A model generated the notes under the pieces. The model made no database searches. It had not been told where the DNA came from and saw nothing but the letters and a program-made list of their open reading frames with translations. A DNA stretch of 64,000 nt from Octopus sinensis (lineage: Eukaryota): the NCBI RefSeq assembly GCF_006345805.1, contig NC_043005.1:51398001-51462000 (forward strand). The letters are read 5' to 3'. How positions within the stretch are numbered: position 1 is the stretch's first letter; each line of letters opens with the position of its first letter. Both the position numbers and the translations under genes were made by a program. Positions 36,417 to 49,297 of this stretch are shown piece after piece.

Positions 36417-38195
36417 ATATATATATATATATATTATATATGTATGTATGTATTTATGTATGTATGTATTTATGTATTATGTATATGTAAAAAAATTACA
36501 AACTGGGACAAGAACGCAAAACATTTAGAAGACGATACAAAAAACACGGACGGGACATTCGAAGCCTTCAATCTTCAGTCAAGAACCGGATCATCCTCGC
36601 AATTTCGGCTGATTGTATGTATGTATGTATGCACATACACATACTCACACAAACATACTTACCAGTGACGTAGGTAACAGGAGAGCAAGGAAAGCGACCA
36701 CTCGAGTTTTTTTGTTTTGTTTTTCTTTCTTACCTTCTCTTTTCTTTAATGTAGAATACATCTGTGTATATTATAACCATTGAAATATTTTGCATAATAT
36801 AAGGGAAATGTGTTTAAAATTATTTGGTTTGTGTGACGGCGCTTTTTTTCCATTTTTCTTTTTATGTACTCGCTCTTCCTAACTTTAAAATCTGGCTACG
36901 CCACAGATACAAACAGATTCTCCTAAACACTAAATAACAGAATGTGGATGTTCTATTATGACCGATAAACTTTGATAGTAACAACGAAATAAATTTCATA
37001 AAATGAAAAGAAAAAGTATATAAATGCCGATTTTTGCCAAGGATATCGGTTGACATCGAGTTGGACAAAAAGAGGCACCCCAATAGAAAGTTGGAATATT
37101 CATTTGTTCAAATAGCTAAGCAATACAGATTTTGAACTCACACAAATGCGCGCCTTTTTCATTTTTTTTTTTTTTTTTGAAATTTCACGTTTCATTTTGT
37201 AGAAAAAAAAATCACTTTCAGATATAGAAAGAGAAATTGCACACTTTAATTTCACTTCCTGTCACAGTAAAACCTCATTTTACCCCGGGAAGTTTCTACT
37301 CACCTTTGCATAAAACGGGGGTAGATTGATTATATTTTTCTTTCATTCTTTTGCCGAACTCCTAAGTGATGGGGACGTAAACACACCAACATCGGTTGTC
37401 AAGCGATGGTGGGGGGAAAACAAAGACACAAATACCAGACACACACATACATATATATATACGACGGGCTTCTTTCAGTTTCCGTCAACCAAATCCATTC
37501 ACAAGGCTTTGGTCGGACCGAGGCTATAGTAGAAGACACTTGCCCACGGTGCAACGCAGTGGGACTTCTTACCACACAGCCACTCCTGCGCCTACATATA
37601 TATATATATATATATATCTATATATATATAATATATATATATATATTATTATATATATATATATATATAATACATATATATATTATATATATATATTACA
37701 TTCGAAACGCGGAGTAGATGAAACAAGGACAACTGAAGAACGGGAATATTCCTTGTGTTGTTTGTCTTGTACTCTGTTGTTTGAAAAAAAGTTCGTTTCC
37801 ATGTTTTTGTTTAAATATTATATAAATATATGCATATATACATACATATACGTAATACCTACATCTATATGTATATATACATGCATATATATATATAATA
37901 TAAATATATAATATAAATAATATATAAATATATGCATATATACATACATATATGTACATAACTACATCTATATGTATATATACATGCATATATGGGTACA
38001 GGACATAAAAAAATGTTGAACACAATGAGAAACTAAAACGTAAAAACAAAAACATGGAAACGAACTTTTTTTTCAAACAACAAAAAAACTGAGTACAAGA
38101 CATACAACACCAGGAATATTCCCCTTTCTTCAGTTATCCCTGTTTCGTCTACTCCGCGTTCCGAAGGTAAGGACATATATATATATATGTGTATA

Positions 38196-38244
<49 letters not shown>

Positions 38245-38250
38245 TATATA

Positions 38251-38905
38251 GTTTAACAATTAAGGATAATCTCTTAATAAGGGATCTTAACAAGAATTAT
38301 CGGGTAGTTAGCGTGAAAACCTCATAAAAGAAAAGAATTCGAAAATAATTTTTTTGTTTTGAACAAATTAATTATATCTATATTGTATAGAGGGCATTAT
38401 ACACATAAATGCCTCACACTAAGAGGGACAAAGTCATTACTACCAAAATTATACTAATCATACCTAAATGCAGTTTTTCAAAGCAAGACATTTAAAAAAT
38501 GATTTAGTTCTGTATCACCGTGATTTCACATTCAACTTACGTCTTATGATCATCAGCAGAACTGATTCTGAACACATCATAAATACTACCAACCTTACGT
38601 AGCGAAGACGAACAGACAACTGCCCACTCCGGCCAAGCACATGGAATGCTTATAAATCATATATATCCGGTAAATGGCGGGCTTTTTTACGACTGCATGT
38701 CGGGTAATGAAAAGTATTTCGGAATAAGTTTAACAATTAAGGATAATCTCTTAATAAGGATCTTAACAAGAAATTATCGGGTAGTTAGCGTGAAAACCTC
38801 AAAAAGAAATGAATTCGAAATAATTTTTTTCTTTGAACAAATTAATTATATCTATATTGTATAGAGGGCATTATTACACATAAATGCCTCACACTAAGAG
38901 GGACA
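38251..38905 (-). mobile_element. ~477-bp tandem unit (about 1.4 copies) containing a hammerhead; retrozyme/pLTR-like
   Basis: Direct repeats at 38251-38430 and 38728-38905. Confidence 0.75.
38507..38562 (-). ncRNA. Structurally complete type I hammerhead ribozyme motif
   Basis: GTTCTG-CTGATGA-T-CATAAGAC-GTAA-GTTGAATG-T-GAAA-TCA-CGG-TGA-TA-CAGAAC. It has a 6-bp stem I, a 4-bp stem III, a GNRA-capped imperfect stem II and an AUA triplet. Predicted cut between 38513 and 38512. Confidence 0.8.
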
Positions 38906-38917
38906 TACATATATATG

Positions 38918-38979
<62 letters not shown>

Positions 38980-39047
38980 ATATATATCGCGTGTGTATCG
39001 TTGGCGATTTTCTTTCTCTGTCTTCCTTTCTTTGGACTTTTTCAATA

Positions 39048-39083
39048 TTTCTGATGAAGAGCTCCGCTCGAAGAAACGTAAAG
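39048..39083 (+). ncRNA. Minimal hammerhead motif with a 3-nt core duplication
   Basis: TTT-CTGATGA-A-GAGC-TCC-GCTC-GAA(GAA)AC-GTA-AAG. Same flanking family as 22445. Confidence 0.6.
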
Positions 39084-39167
39084 ACTCACTTCTCGAGCAT
39101 TATACTAATACATCTGTTTGTCTACACCACCTGTCTTCGTCTTTTGATGTTTTGTTTTGGGACTCCT

Positions 39168-39237
<70 letters not shown>

Positions 39238-39242
39238 AAAGA

Positions 39243-39607
39243 CCCCGGCCATAAAAACCAAAAAAAAAAATAGTGTAATAGGTGTAAAACAATTTCCTCT
39301 AAACGAATATGACAAAAAATGCGCGCTCGCGAAAGCGGGGTGGAGGAGAGGCCTCAGAAAATTCACATCGTGAATTTTCGAAAGGGTCTGGGGGTCTGAC
39401 CCGGGCACACAAAAAAAAGTGTAATATGTGTAAAACAACTTGCTCTAAACGAATATGACAAAAAAAAAATGGGGGGTGGGGGAGAGGTCTCGGAAAATCA
39501 CATTTTCATTCCATAGCCTTTAAACTATGGTGTTTGACCCGGTCCAGAAAAAAAAAAAGAAAAAAAATAGTGTAATTGGTATAAAACTACTTGTTCTAAA
39601 CGATTAT
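39243..39607 (+). repeat. ~135-bp tandem unit x~2.5, with an inverted copy at ~42618-42830
   Basis: The recurring block TAGTGTAATAGGTGTAAAAC..CTCTAAACGAATATGACAAAA appears in tandem here and as a reverse complement at ~42760-42810. Confidence 0.75.
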
Positions 39608-40004
39608 CAAGAACAAGCATATAGTTTCCATCCGGATATTGTACCATGGGTTGGTGCCTTCCTCTCAGATCGCTCCTTCTAAATCCAAGTTAATGGTTCG
39701 CTGTCCGACGTCTCCAGTGCGAACAGTGGCGTGCCTCAAGGTTCAGTGTTTGGGCCCTTATTGTTCTTAGTCTTCATAAATGACTTGCCCGACGACCTCA
39801 CACAACACACCCTTCTATTTGCGGATCCGTGGAATAAGCTGCCGGACGAGATAGTGAAGATGCCGACGACCGCTCGGTTCAAAGTCTCTCTTGACCAGAA
39901 ATGGCCTGAACTCTTTGCATGAACACCACCCTGTACATAACTCCATGTCCCCCTACATGGCCTTGCTTTTGGCGTTTTGAGCGAAAAAATTAACTTAACT
40001 TAAC
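39608..40004 (+). mobile_element. CR1-clade LINE 3' fragment with a large internal deletion
   Basis: Matches the 33126-34413 copy but jumps from LLFA to ADPWNKLP at 39819-39822. Confidence 0.9.
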
Positions 40005-40169
40005 CACACACACACACACACAAAGAGAAATGCTTGGTTCAAGGCAAGTGTGCATTGAACTGAATTTAAATAAGCAAGAAAGATATTATAAAAGAAAAGG
40101 CCATAGCACCATCTTTAGTATCTGTTGTTGTTATTATTATTATGGAGTTGAATGTGCGTGCGTGCGTGC

Positions 40170-40216
<47 letters not shown>

Positions 40217-40221
40217 TGTGT

Positions 40222-40292
<71 letters not shown>

Positions 40293-40358
40293 GTGAAGTT
40301 ATTAATATCAATATCAATACATTAACCAACACCATTGAAGTGAAATAATATCCATAGT

Positions 40359-42443
40359 GGATCTTTTCTTTTTGAAAGCCAGATTTTTCTAGTTAACTAA
40401 ATAATTTGAAACTTCGTATACTGGTAGAATGTGTCAAAAGAAAACAATAATTTCAACTAGTTTTTTTGGCAAAAATGTATTTTATAAGTTTAAACGTAGT
40501 TTAAATCTGCGAATTTTAACCAATGGTATTCTCTGTATTGAGTTGAAATTATTTGCTCCGTCAATTATTTGTGACGTAGTTAACGTAAACAGCTAAATTC
40601 GATTTGAAAGCTTGACTTGCATTGCTTTATAGAATTTGAAAGTTATTCGTTTTGTATAAAATTATTATTCGTTTCGTCTTTAATAAATATATATGTGCAC
40701 AACAAACGTGCCTACACACGTACTGTTTACTTTGGATGAATAATAAACACATATTCAGTGTTTTTGTATAGGCTTCGGGTGTTTTCTCTATACAATGTAT
40801 ATATTTACTATAAACTTGTGCACACGCTTTGATTCTTCAGTTTGACACACGCCTTGAACCGGTTATTTGGCTTGTATGCACCCACATACACACACGTACC
40901 CATCCATACGCATACTCGCACATAATCAGGGCCCCTCTGCGTTTTCGCTCGTCGATGTGCTAGGAATAACACCCAAATCCCTTTAAAACCATATACTACT
41001 GGGTTAAAGGAAGGGTACATTGGCTAATATAATCATAGATGCTATATCTGAAAAAAAAAGCGAGGGGGTCGCAAAAATACGGGTTGGTCATAGTTGGAAC
41101 CCTTTGATCCTCAACCGAGTTTATCAGGATGACCTGAGTTAAATAGCAATAACAATATATTTGTAATATTGATTATAGACACAAAGCATATATTTTAGGG
41201 TGAGTGGAGGGTATAATCATTTATATCGATCTCCAATAGTTGATCGATGTATTTTCTCGACCGTGGAAGAACAGACGGCTTGTTTTGAATTCCGGTGAGG
41301 GTTGAAACCCGAACGTATAGGACCGTATCCCTAAACATTCTAACAGTCCTTTACCAAGCCCTTGTCAGCATGTAATATTATTTGTCCACGCGTAAAAATA
41401 TATCATCAAGGTGACATAGTTAAACTTCGACGAAAAATATAATGTAAAGCTGGCAGAATCGGTAGTGCATCGGATAAAATGCCTAGCGTCATTTCTTACG
41501 AATCTTTACGTTCCGTGTTCGAATATTGCTGAGCTTTCCTTCTTTCGGGCGGCGCTTATAGAATAAGTACCAGTTGAATACAATCGACTAGTTCTTCCCA
41601 TCAGCTTCAGGCCTTGTACTTACTGGGGAAAGAAATATTATTAAGGAAGGGGGTGGGGCAAGCTGGCAGAATCGTTCGTGCGTCGGACAAAATACCTTGT
41701 GGCATTTCTTCCGACTCCTCACGTTACCGTCGTCGTCGACTTTACCTTTCATGATCAATTAAGTACCAGTCAATGTAATCGATTAACCCCTCCTCCCAAA
41801 TTGTTGGTCTTGTGCCAAAATTTTGTGCAATTTTATTTTTTATATCGAAACCAAATATATAGTTTTAGCTCTCAAGGTGAACTCCAAGCAATTACCTATG
41901 ATGAAAGGTATTCTAGGTTTGACCATCCCAAGTGTGACACCAACTCCAAAGGCACGATGAAGTGGTGGGCAGTTAAAATGTTTTAAAACGTGGATTTTTC
42001 AGAAAAATAAGATTTAATGCAAATTACATGTATTTTAGAGTGACGAAAATTACCGAAACCCTTCCAAAAATTTACCATCGAAATTTCATTTTATTCTCGA
42101 CAGCTATTTCGAAAGCCCGCCGTATTTTTATTATTATTCTGTCTGTTTAGGACTTTGTTATATGGGACGGTGATGTTTACATTTTAGCTATGTTAACTAC
42201 GTCACAAAATAGCTGTTTACGTCACAGTAACACTATTTTGAGAAGCAGTAAATAATATGAGGCCGAAAGGAAGAATATCATTGGTTAAAATTCGAATTTT
42301 TAAACAACGTTAAACTTAGAAATTACAATTCCGTTTTCATTTTGGTTTACAATTATGTTTTCTTTTGACACATTCTACCAGTATACGAAGTTTCAAATTG
42401 TTTAGTTAACTAGGAAAATCTGGCTTTCAAAAGGAAAAGATCC
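40359..42443. mobile_element. ~2.1-kb GGATC-terminal long-TIR element (older relative of 27159-27930)
   Basis: Arms 40359-~40595 and ~42205-42443 are reverse complements and share CTTCGTATACTGGTAGAATGTGTCAAAA with the 27159 element. The flanks TCCATAGT and ATAATAGT match only partly. SINE fragments are nested inside. Confidence 0.75.
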
Positions 42444-44247
42444 ATAATAGTTTCTATACTTTTGCTTTGGCACTGTTGAATTGAGTCAAAGAAAGAAAAA
42501 TGCGATATCCATAACAGTAAAGAAATAAGACATCCCCCAAACAGTAACCCTTGTGTTTAACATCTCCCTAACAAAAAGAAGAGAGGTTGTTTGGCTCTGG
42601 ACTACATTGATCTTTCCATGATGTAGTTTAGCCACTATTTAAACTATTTTTTGTTTTTGTTTTGTGCCTGGGTCAGACGCTTTCGGAAATTCACGATGTG
42701 AATTTTCCGAGGCCTCTCCCCCACCCCTCTTTCGCGAGCGCACATTGTTTTTTGTCATATTCGTTTAGAGGAAATCGTTTTACACCTATTACACTATTTT
42801 TTATTTTTGTTTTTATGACCGGATCAAATGTTTTAGTTTGACCAATAAACGCGCCCTTTTAAAGCCTAGCCTGACTCATGGGCCCGGTTTCCCGGTTTCT
42901 ATGGCGTATGTGTTCCCCAGCTGGATGGGACGCCAGTCCATCGCAGCGTTACTCATTTTTGCCAGCTGAGTGGACTGGAGCAACGTGAAATGAAGTGTTT
43001 TGAACACAACGCGTCGCCCAGTCCAGGAATCGAAACCAGAATCTTACGATCATGACGCTGACACCCCAACCACTAAGCCACGCGCCTCCACACACACACA
43101 TACACACATATATATATATGGTGGCGAGCTGGCAGAATCGTTAGCACGCCGGGCGAGATGCGCAGCCGTATTTCGTCTGCCGTTACGTTCTGAGTTCAAA
43201 TTCCGCCGAGGTCGACTTTGCCTTTCATCCTTTCGAGGTCGATGAATTAAGTACCAGTTACGCACTGGGGTCGATATAATCGACTTAATCCATTTGTCTG
43301 TCGTTGTTTGCCCCCTCTATGTTTAGCCCCTTGTGGGCAATAAAGAAATATATATGTATGTATGTATATATGTGTGTGTATGTGTGTATGTGCTGCGGTG
43401 GGGGTGGGGTGCGCGCGACCGGCTTCTTTCAATTTCCTTCTACAAAATCCACTCACAAGGTTTTGGTCGGCCTCGAGTCATAGTAGGAGACACTAGCGAA
43501 AGGTGCCGTACAGTGGAACTGAGCTCGAAACAGCATGCTTGCAAAGCGGGCTTCTGTCTTAATCAATGCAGTTTTTTTTTATTTTTTCATAGCACACGCT
43601 GTAGTGGCAGTTTAGTAAATAAACAGCGGCGGCAAAATAGCAATATCAACACCACCACCACCAACCAACAACAACAACAACAACGTCAGCAACGAAAAGG
43701 AAAGTTATTATGGCTAAAATGTCTGATCACTGATTTGCTGAATCAGGTCTGAGTCTGACCTGGGGCTAAATAACAATAACAGCAACGACTTGTAAACAGT
43801 GGCCTCGGGTTGGATTAAGTTAATGAGTAAAGTACGACTCTGAGAGAAATAGATAGGATTAGAGTGAGTGAGTGAGTGAGTGGTGGTGGCGGCGGCGGCG
43901 GTAGTGGCGGCGGCGGCGGTGGTGGTGGTGGTGGTTTCGGTAGATTGTGGTGGTGGCGGTGGTGGTGGTGGTAATAGTAATTAATAAAGTTGGTTAATGA
44001 AATGCATACAAACACAAAACATTAGAAAGAAAGGAAGGAAGGAAGGAACAGGAAAGACAGAGAGAGACACAAGTCGGCTGAGAAGTTAAATAGGTCGCCA
44101 TTGACAGGAATATATATATCGTAAAAGGACGAGCAATATTTTGATATCGCTTAATCTGTTTTTGTGTCTACTGAATGTGTGTGTGAGAGATTGTGCAAGT
44201 GGGAGATAGAAGGGGAGTGATAAGAGCGAGAGAGAAAAGGGTGCAGT

Positions 44248-44278
<31 letters not shown>

Positions 44279-44507
44279 TGAAGAGAAATCCAAGGGAGGG
44301 AAAAAATATAAAGGAAGACTAAATGCCAACTAAGTCTCATGAAAGTTAATTAGTACGCTTGTTTTTTTTTATTTTTTTTTTCGTATTTGTATTTGTATTA
44401 TGTTACCTTGTAAGTATCATATAGTGTAATGAATATATTGATGATGTATATGTGTTTGTTTATATTGATACATACGCACACACATTCTAATATAACAATA
44501 GATGGAC

Positions 44508-44570
<63 letters not shown>

Positions 44571-44579
44571 GAGATAGAG

Positions 44580-44676
<97 letters not shown>

Positions 44677-44965
44677 CATACATAGTACGTACGTACATAC
44701 ACACACATATATATATGTTTGTCCGTGTGTGGGAGTGAAAGTTCAGTGAAAGTTGTACACTCCCGTATCAATTTTACTGTTCAAATATTATACGTCATAA
44801 CCTAACCTGATTACCAATAGTCTATCTGTTTAAATTGTACTTCTGTTCTATTATACACCCATGTATGTATGTATGTATGTATGTATGTATGTATGTATGT
44901 ATGTATGTATGTATGTATGTGTGTGTATGCATGTATGTATGTATGTACGTATGTATGTATGTATG

Positions 44966-44999
<34 letters not shown>

Positions 45000-45199
45000 G
45001 TCATACTCGATAACGAGGGGGCAGCCATTATATATATATATATATATATTGTGTGTGTGTGTGTGTATGTATATATATATATATATATTATATCTATATA
45101 TATCGGGAAGCTTTATGAAAATAAACAAAAGACAAAGGCAGGTGGATACAAAAACAAACAATTGTATTAGTATGGCGCTCAGGAATATAATAAAACAAG

Positions 45200-45236
45200 T
45201 CTTTACGTTTCGAGCCTACGCTCTTCAACAGAAAGA
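45200..45236 (-). ncRNA. Minimal hammerhead motif, A6U variant
   Basis: CTTT-CTGTTGA-A-GAGC-GTAG-GCTC-GAAAC-GTA-AAGA. Confidence 0.55.
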
Positions 45237-45270
45237 TACACAGAAAAGAAACACGGAGAGAAACAAAGTC

Positions 45271-45433
45271 GCAGGAGTGACTGTGTAGTAAGTAGCCTGC
45301 TTAACAACCACATGGTTCCGGGTTCAGTCCCACTGCGTGGCACCTTGGGCAAGTGTCTTCTACTATAGCCTTAGGCCGACCAAAGCCTTGTGAGTGGATT
45401 TGGTAGACGGAAACTGAAAGAAGCCCGTCGTAT

Positions 45434-45467
<34 letters not shown>

Positions 45468-45670
45468 ATGTATATATTTGTGTGTCTGTGTTTGTCTCCC
45501 CAACATTGCTTGACAACCGATGCTGGTGTGTTTACATCCCTATCAAGAGAGACCGATAGAATAAGTACTAGGCTTACAAAGAATAAGTCATGGGGTCGAT
45601 TTGCTCGACTAAAGGCCGTGCTCCAGCATGGCCACAGTCAAATGACTGAAACAATAAAGAATAAAAGAAA
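45271..45670 (+). mobile_element. SINE family B copy
   Basis: Head, CORE-like block, (TG)n and tail. Confidence 0.85.
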
Positions 45671-45671
45671 A

Positions 45672-45747
<76 letters not shown>

Positions 45748-45885
45748 AGAGAGGAACCGCTAGTTTTCAGCCACAAAGAATTGTTTCCGATTAAAGTTAG
45801 CACGACTACTAGCGCAACGAAATGTATGTATGTATGTATGTTGTATGTAGTATGTATGTACTGTCTGTATGTAGCAAAACATATG

Positions 45886-45917
<32 letters not shown>

Positions 45918-46042
45918 TTATGTATGTATGTATGTATGTATGTAAGCAAACCAAAAGTAAAAACAAAAACGATCAAAATTACAAGGACGTTCACAGTGAA
46001 TGCATCAGATTGACGCTCAGTTTAAGATGGAAAAAAGAGTGG

Positions 46043-46077
46043 GTGTCACGTTTCGAGCATGGCTCTTCTTCCGTAAG
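46043..46077 (-). ncRNA. Decayed minimal hammerhead motif
   Basis: CGGAAGA-A-GAGC-CAT-GCTC-GAAAC-GTG. Core position 4 and the cleavage triplet are both mutated. Confidence 0.45.
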
Positions 46078-46200
46078 AGGATAGAGGTAAGATCTGGAGA
46101 AAAGGAAAAGAATAGAAAGGATATTTATACATACATACATACATACATACATACATACATGCATACATACAACATACATACATACATATATATATATGTG

Positions 46201-46238
<38 letters not shown>

Positions 46239-47292
46239 ACTTACGCACTCGAGTGAGCAGTTACCACACATCCACGCCTACGCCGATTGATCTATCTATA
46301 ATATAAATTGGACATGGGCGATCGTTATATTCTTTCTTGTCTTCAGGTTCACCGCCAAACGGAGAGAAAAGAAACAAAAACACGATACAAGGAACATTCG
46401 CAGCTTATTTTCTCATCAGCTGGTTTCCGAGACGTCTTAGTGGTTTCATGCCATCTAAAAGCAAGACCACTGTTATCAGTGCACCAGAGCATAGAGCTAC
46501 AAGAAAAGTTTGACGAATGTGTGCGAGAACAGGACAAAATAACATTAAATTATACAATAAAAAATAATGACAAGATATAACAAACAAGGAATAGTACATA
46601 TACAACAGAAAATGCCATAGGCGAATGTCAATGGCTGTACAATAAGCAAAGGTAATAATTATAAGTGTACAGTACTAAAACAATACAATACAATACAAAC
46701 AGGAAATGCCTTTTCAGCAATCAAAACAGACGTAGTGAGGTAGCGCAACGATATGGAAACAGTCCTTGACGGACGGAACACAAAACGTCTCTGGTTTGGT
46801 CAGCAGCAGGCCAAAAATGAACGACGCGCTTTCACTGGTCAGCAGTCATGTGGTAGGAGAGAGGAAGAGTAGTGGAGGGACTATACATACATACACATAT
46901 ATGTGTATATATACTCTTTTACTTGTTTCAGTCATTTGACTGCGGCCATGCTGGAGCACCGCCTTTAATCGAGCAACTCGACCCCGGCACTTATTCTTTT
47001 GTAAGCCCAGTACTTATTCTATCGGTCTCATTTGCCGAACAGCTAAGTAACGGGGACATAAACACACCAGCATCGGTTGTCAAGCAACGCGGGGAGGACA
47101 AACACAGACACACAAACACACACATGCATAGATATATATATACATATATACGACGGGCTTCTTTTCATTTCCGTCTACCAATCCACTCACAAGGCTTTGG
47201 TCGGCCCGAGGCTATAGTAGAAGACACTTGCCCAAGGTGCCACGCAGTGGGACTGAACCCGGAACCATGTTGTTGGTAACCAAGCTACTTAC

Positions 47293-47339
<47 letters not shown>

Positions 47340-47409
47340 ATATATATATACCACTATATATATATTGTTAAACCATGCACTTGGTGGAGCGCTTAATGTG
47401 ATAAAAATA

Positions 47410-48476
47410 CAGGGGTTCGAGAATAATGGAAACACTAGCATCATAGCCTCATATTTTTGAAATATCTATAAAACCGTTAAAAGCTTGTTTATTTTGATGT
47501 TTTCATTTTATTATTAGTGTTGCTTAACATGTTTTGCTAAAATTGCTGTTTCTTTTCAGATATCATCAGAGAAAGCTAATTAAAATTCATTAAAATGACA
47601 AATCTATCAGACTTTCAAAGAGGTCAAGTTGTTGGTGCTCGGATGGCAGACGCTAGCGTAACGAAAACAGCCGAAATGTTTGGTGTATCAAGAAGCACTG
47701 TCTCGAAAGTTATGACAGCCTTTGAAAAAGAGGGAAAAACTCCTCGTCGAAACAAAACTCCGAAAGACAACCAAAACTTTCAGATAGGGACCGTCGGATT
47801 CTTACGCAAATTGTTAAAAAGGATCACAAAAGTACAGCACCCAAAATTACTGCAGGGCTTAATAACCACCGCGAGAATCCACTTTCCACAAAAACTGTTC
47901 GCCAAGAGCTGCACAAGCTGGATTTCACGGGAGGACTGCAATCAGAAAACCACTACTTTCAAAAACATACGTTGCAAAGCGTTTAGAGTGGAGTAAAAAC
48001 CTAAAGCAGTGGTAGGATGTCATTTTCTCGGACGAGTCATCCTTTACCTCATTTCCGACCACCGGCCGAGTATACGTGTAGAGACAGCGAAAAGAAGCAT
48101 TTGACCCAGAGTGCCCTCTTCCAACTGTTAAACATGGAGGAGGATCTGTGATGATCTGGTGGGTGGGCGTGTGGGTAGGCTATAGCTTGGAAATCCGCCG
48201 GGGCAATGGCTTCCCTTCACGGCAGAATTAATAGTCAAGACTATTTAAGCATTTTATCTAATCAAATTCATCCTATGGTTGCGGAACTGCTTCTGAAGGG
48301 AAACACAATCTTTCAGGATGATAATGCACCAATTCACACGGCTAAAGTTGTTACTTTGTACCGAGTTCATATCCCGTAGAATTCAAGCTGTAATTACTGC
48401 CAAAGGCAGTCCTACCCTATATTAAAATAATTTGTTTGAAATTTTAAGGTGTTTCCATTATTTTGTCCAGCCCCTG
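47410..48476 (+). mobile_element. Tc1-family transposon with both TIRs, TA TSD and a frameshifted, internally deleted transposase
   Basis: TA|CAGGGGTTCGAGAATAATGGAAACAC...GTGTTTCCATTATTTTGTCCAGCCCCTG|TA. Motifs include the HTH, DVIFSDES, PTVKHGGGSVMIW and FQDDNAPIH. Confidence 0.9.
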
Positions 48477-48527
<51 letters not shown>

Positions 48528-48981
48528 TCACAATTTAGGCAAGTTGAAACATATTTCAACTGCTAAAGCCAAATACACTGCAATTACCGCGGAGAAAAAT
48601 CTCCCTTATGGTAAAATGGTGTGAAAACACCCAGTTCGTTCAGTGTCACCATCTCTCGAGAATCTCAGAATGTGGGTGAGGCTCTGTGTATATATGTGGT
48701 GGTGGTGTGGTGGTGGGTGGTGGTGGGGACGGGCCTGAACCCTCACACATTTACTGCCCTTCATTGTTATATTCATTGGCTTAATCATATAATTCATTTT
48801 TTTTCTGCCTTTCTATTTATATACAATTCCTTGCCTTTTATTCTTCTCAATCAAAATCTTCTTTCACCCTCTCTCTTCCTTTCCCAACGGCTCCAATCAA
48901 CACTCCAATTTCATTCATGACTTTTTCTTTCCATCTGTCTCTCTCTCTCTCTCCGCCCTCTCTCTCTCTCTCTCTCTCTCC

Positions 48982-49034
<53 letters not shown>

Positions 49035-49243
49035 CCTTTCTTTTTCTGCCTCTTGCATTCGGTGCCTCTTTAACACTCATTATCTATTGTAGAGTTCTAT
49101 CTTTCTTCTGTCTCCATTCTTTTCATATTCTCGCGTTATATCTTCCTCTCTTGTTTTTTTTCCCTTTCATTGTTTCCTGTATTTCACAGTATGTTGACCT
49201 GGCTGCCACTCTCGCTTGTTGGCTACCTCTTCCTTCTCTCTAT

Positions 49244-49297
<54 letters not shown>

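Noticed and set aside
43860-43980. Poly-Pro/poly-Gly ORF
   Set aside because: (GGT/GGC)n simple repeat with no coding context.
46395-46422. Minus-strand CTGATGAG as a hammerhead core
   Set aside because: No GAAA or paired stems follow.
46736-46760. TGAGGTAG as a let-7 gene
   Set aside because: Only the first 8 nt match let-7, and there is no hairpin partner.
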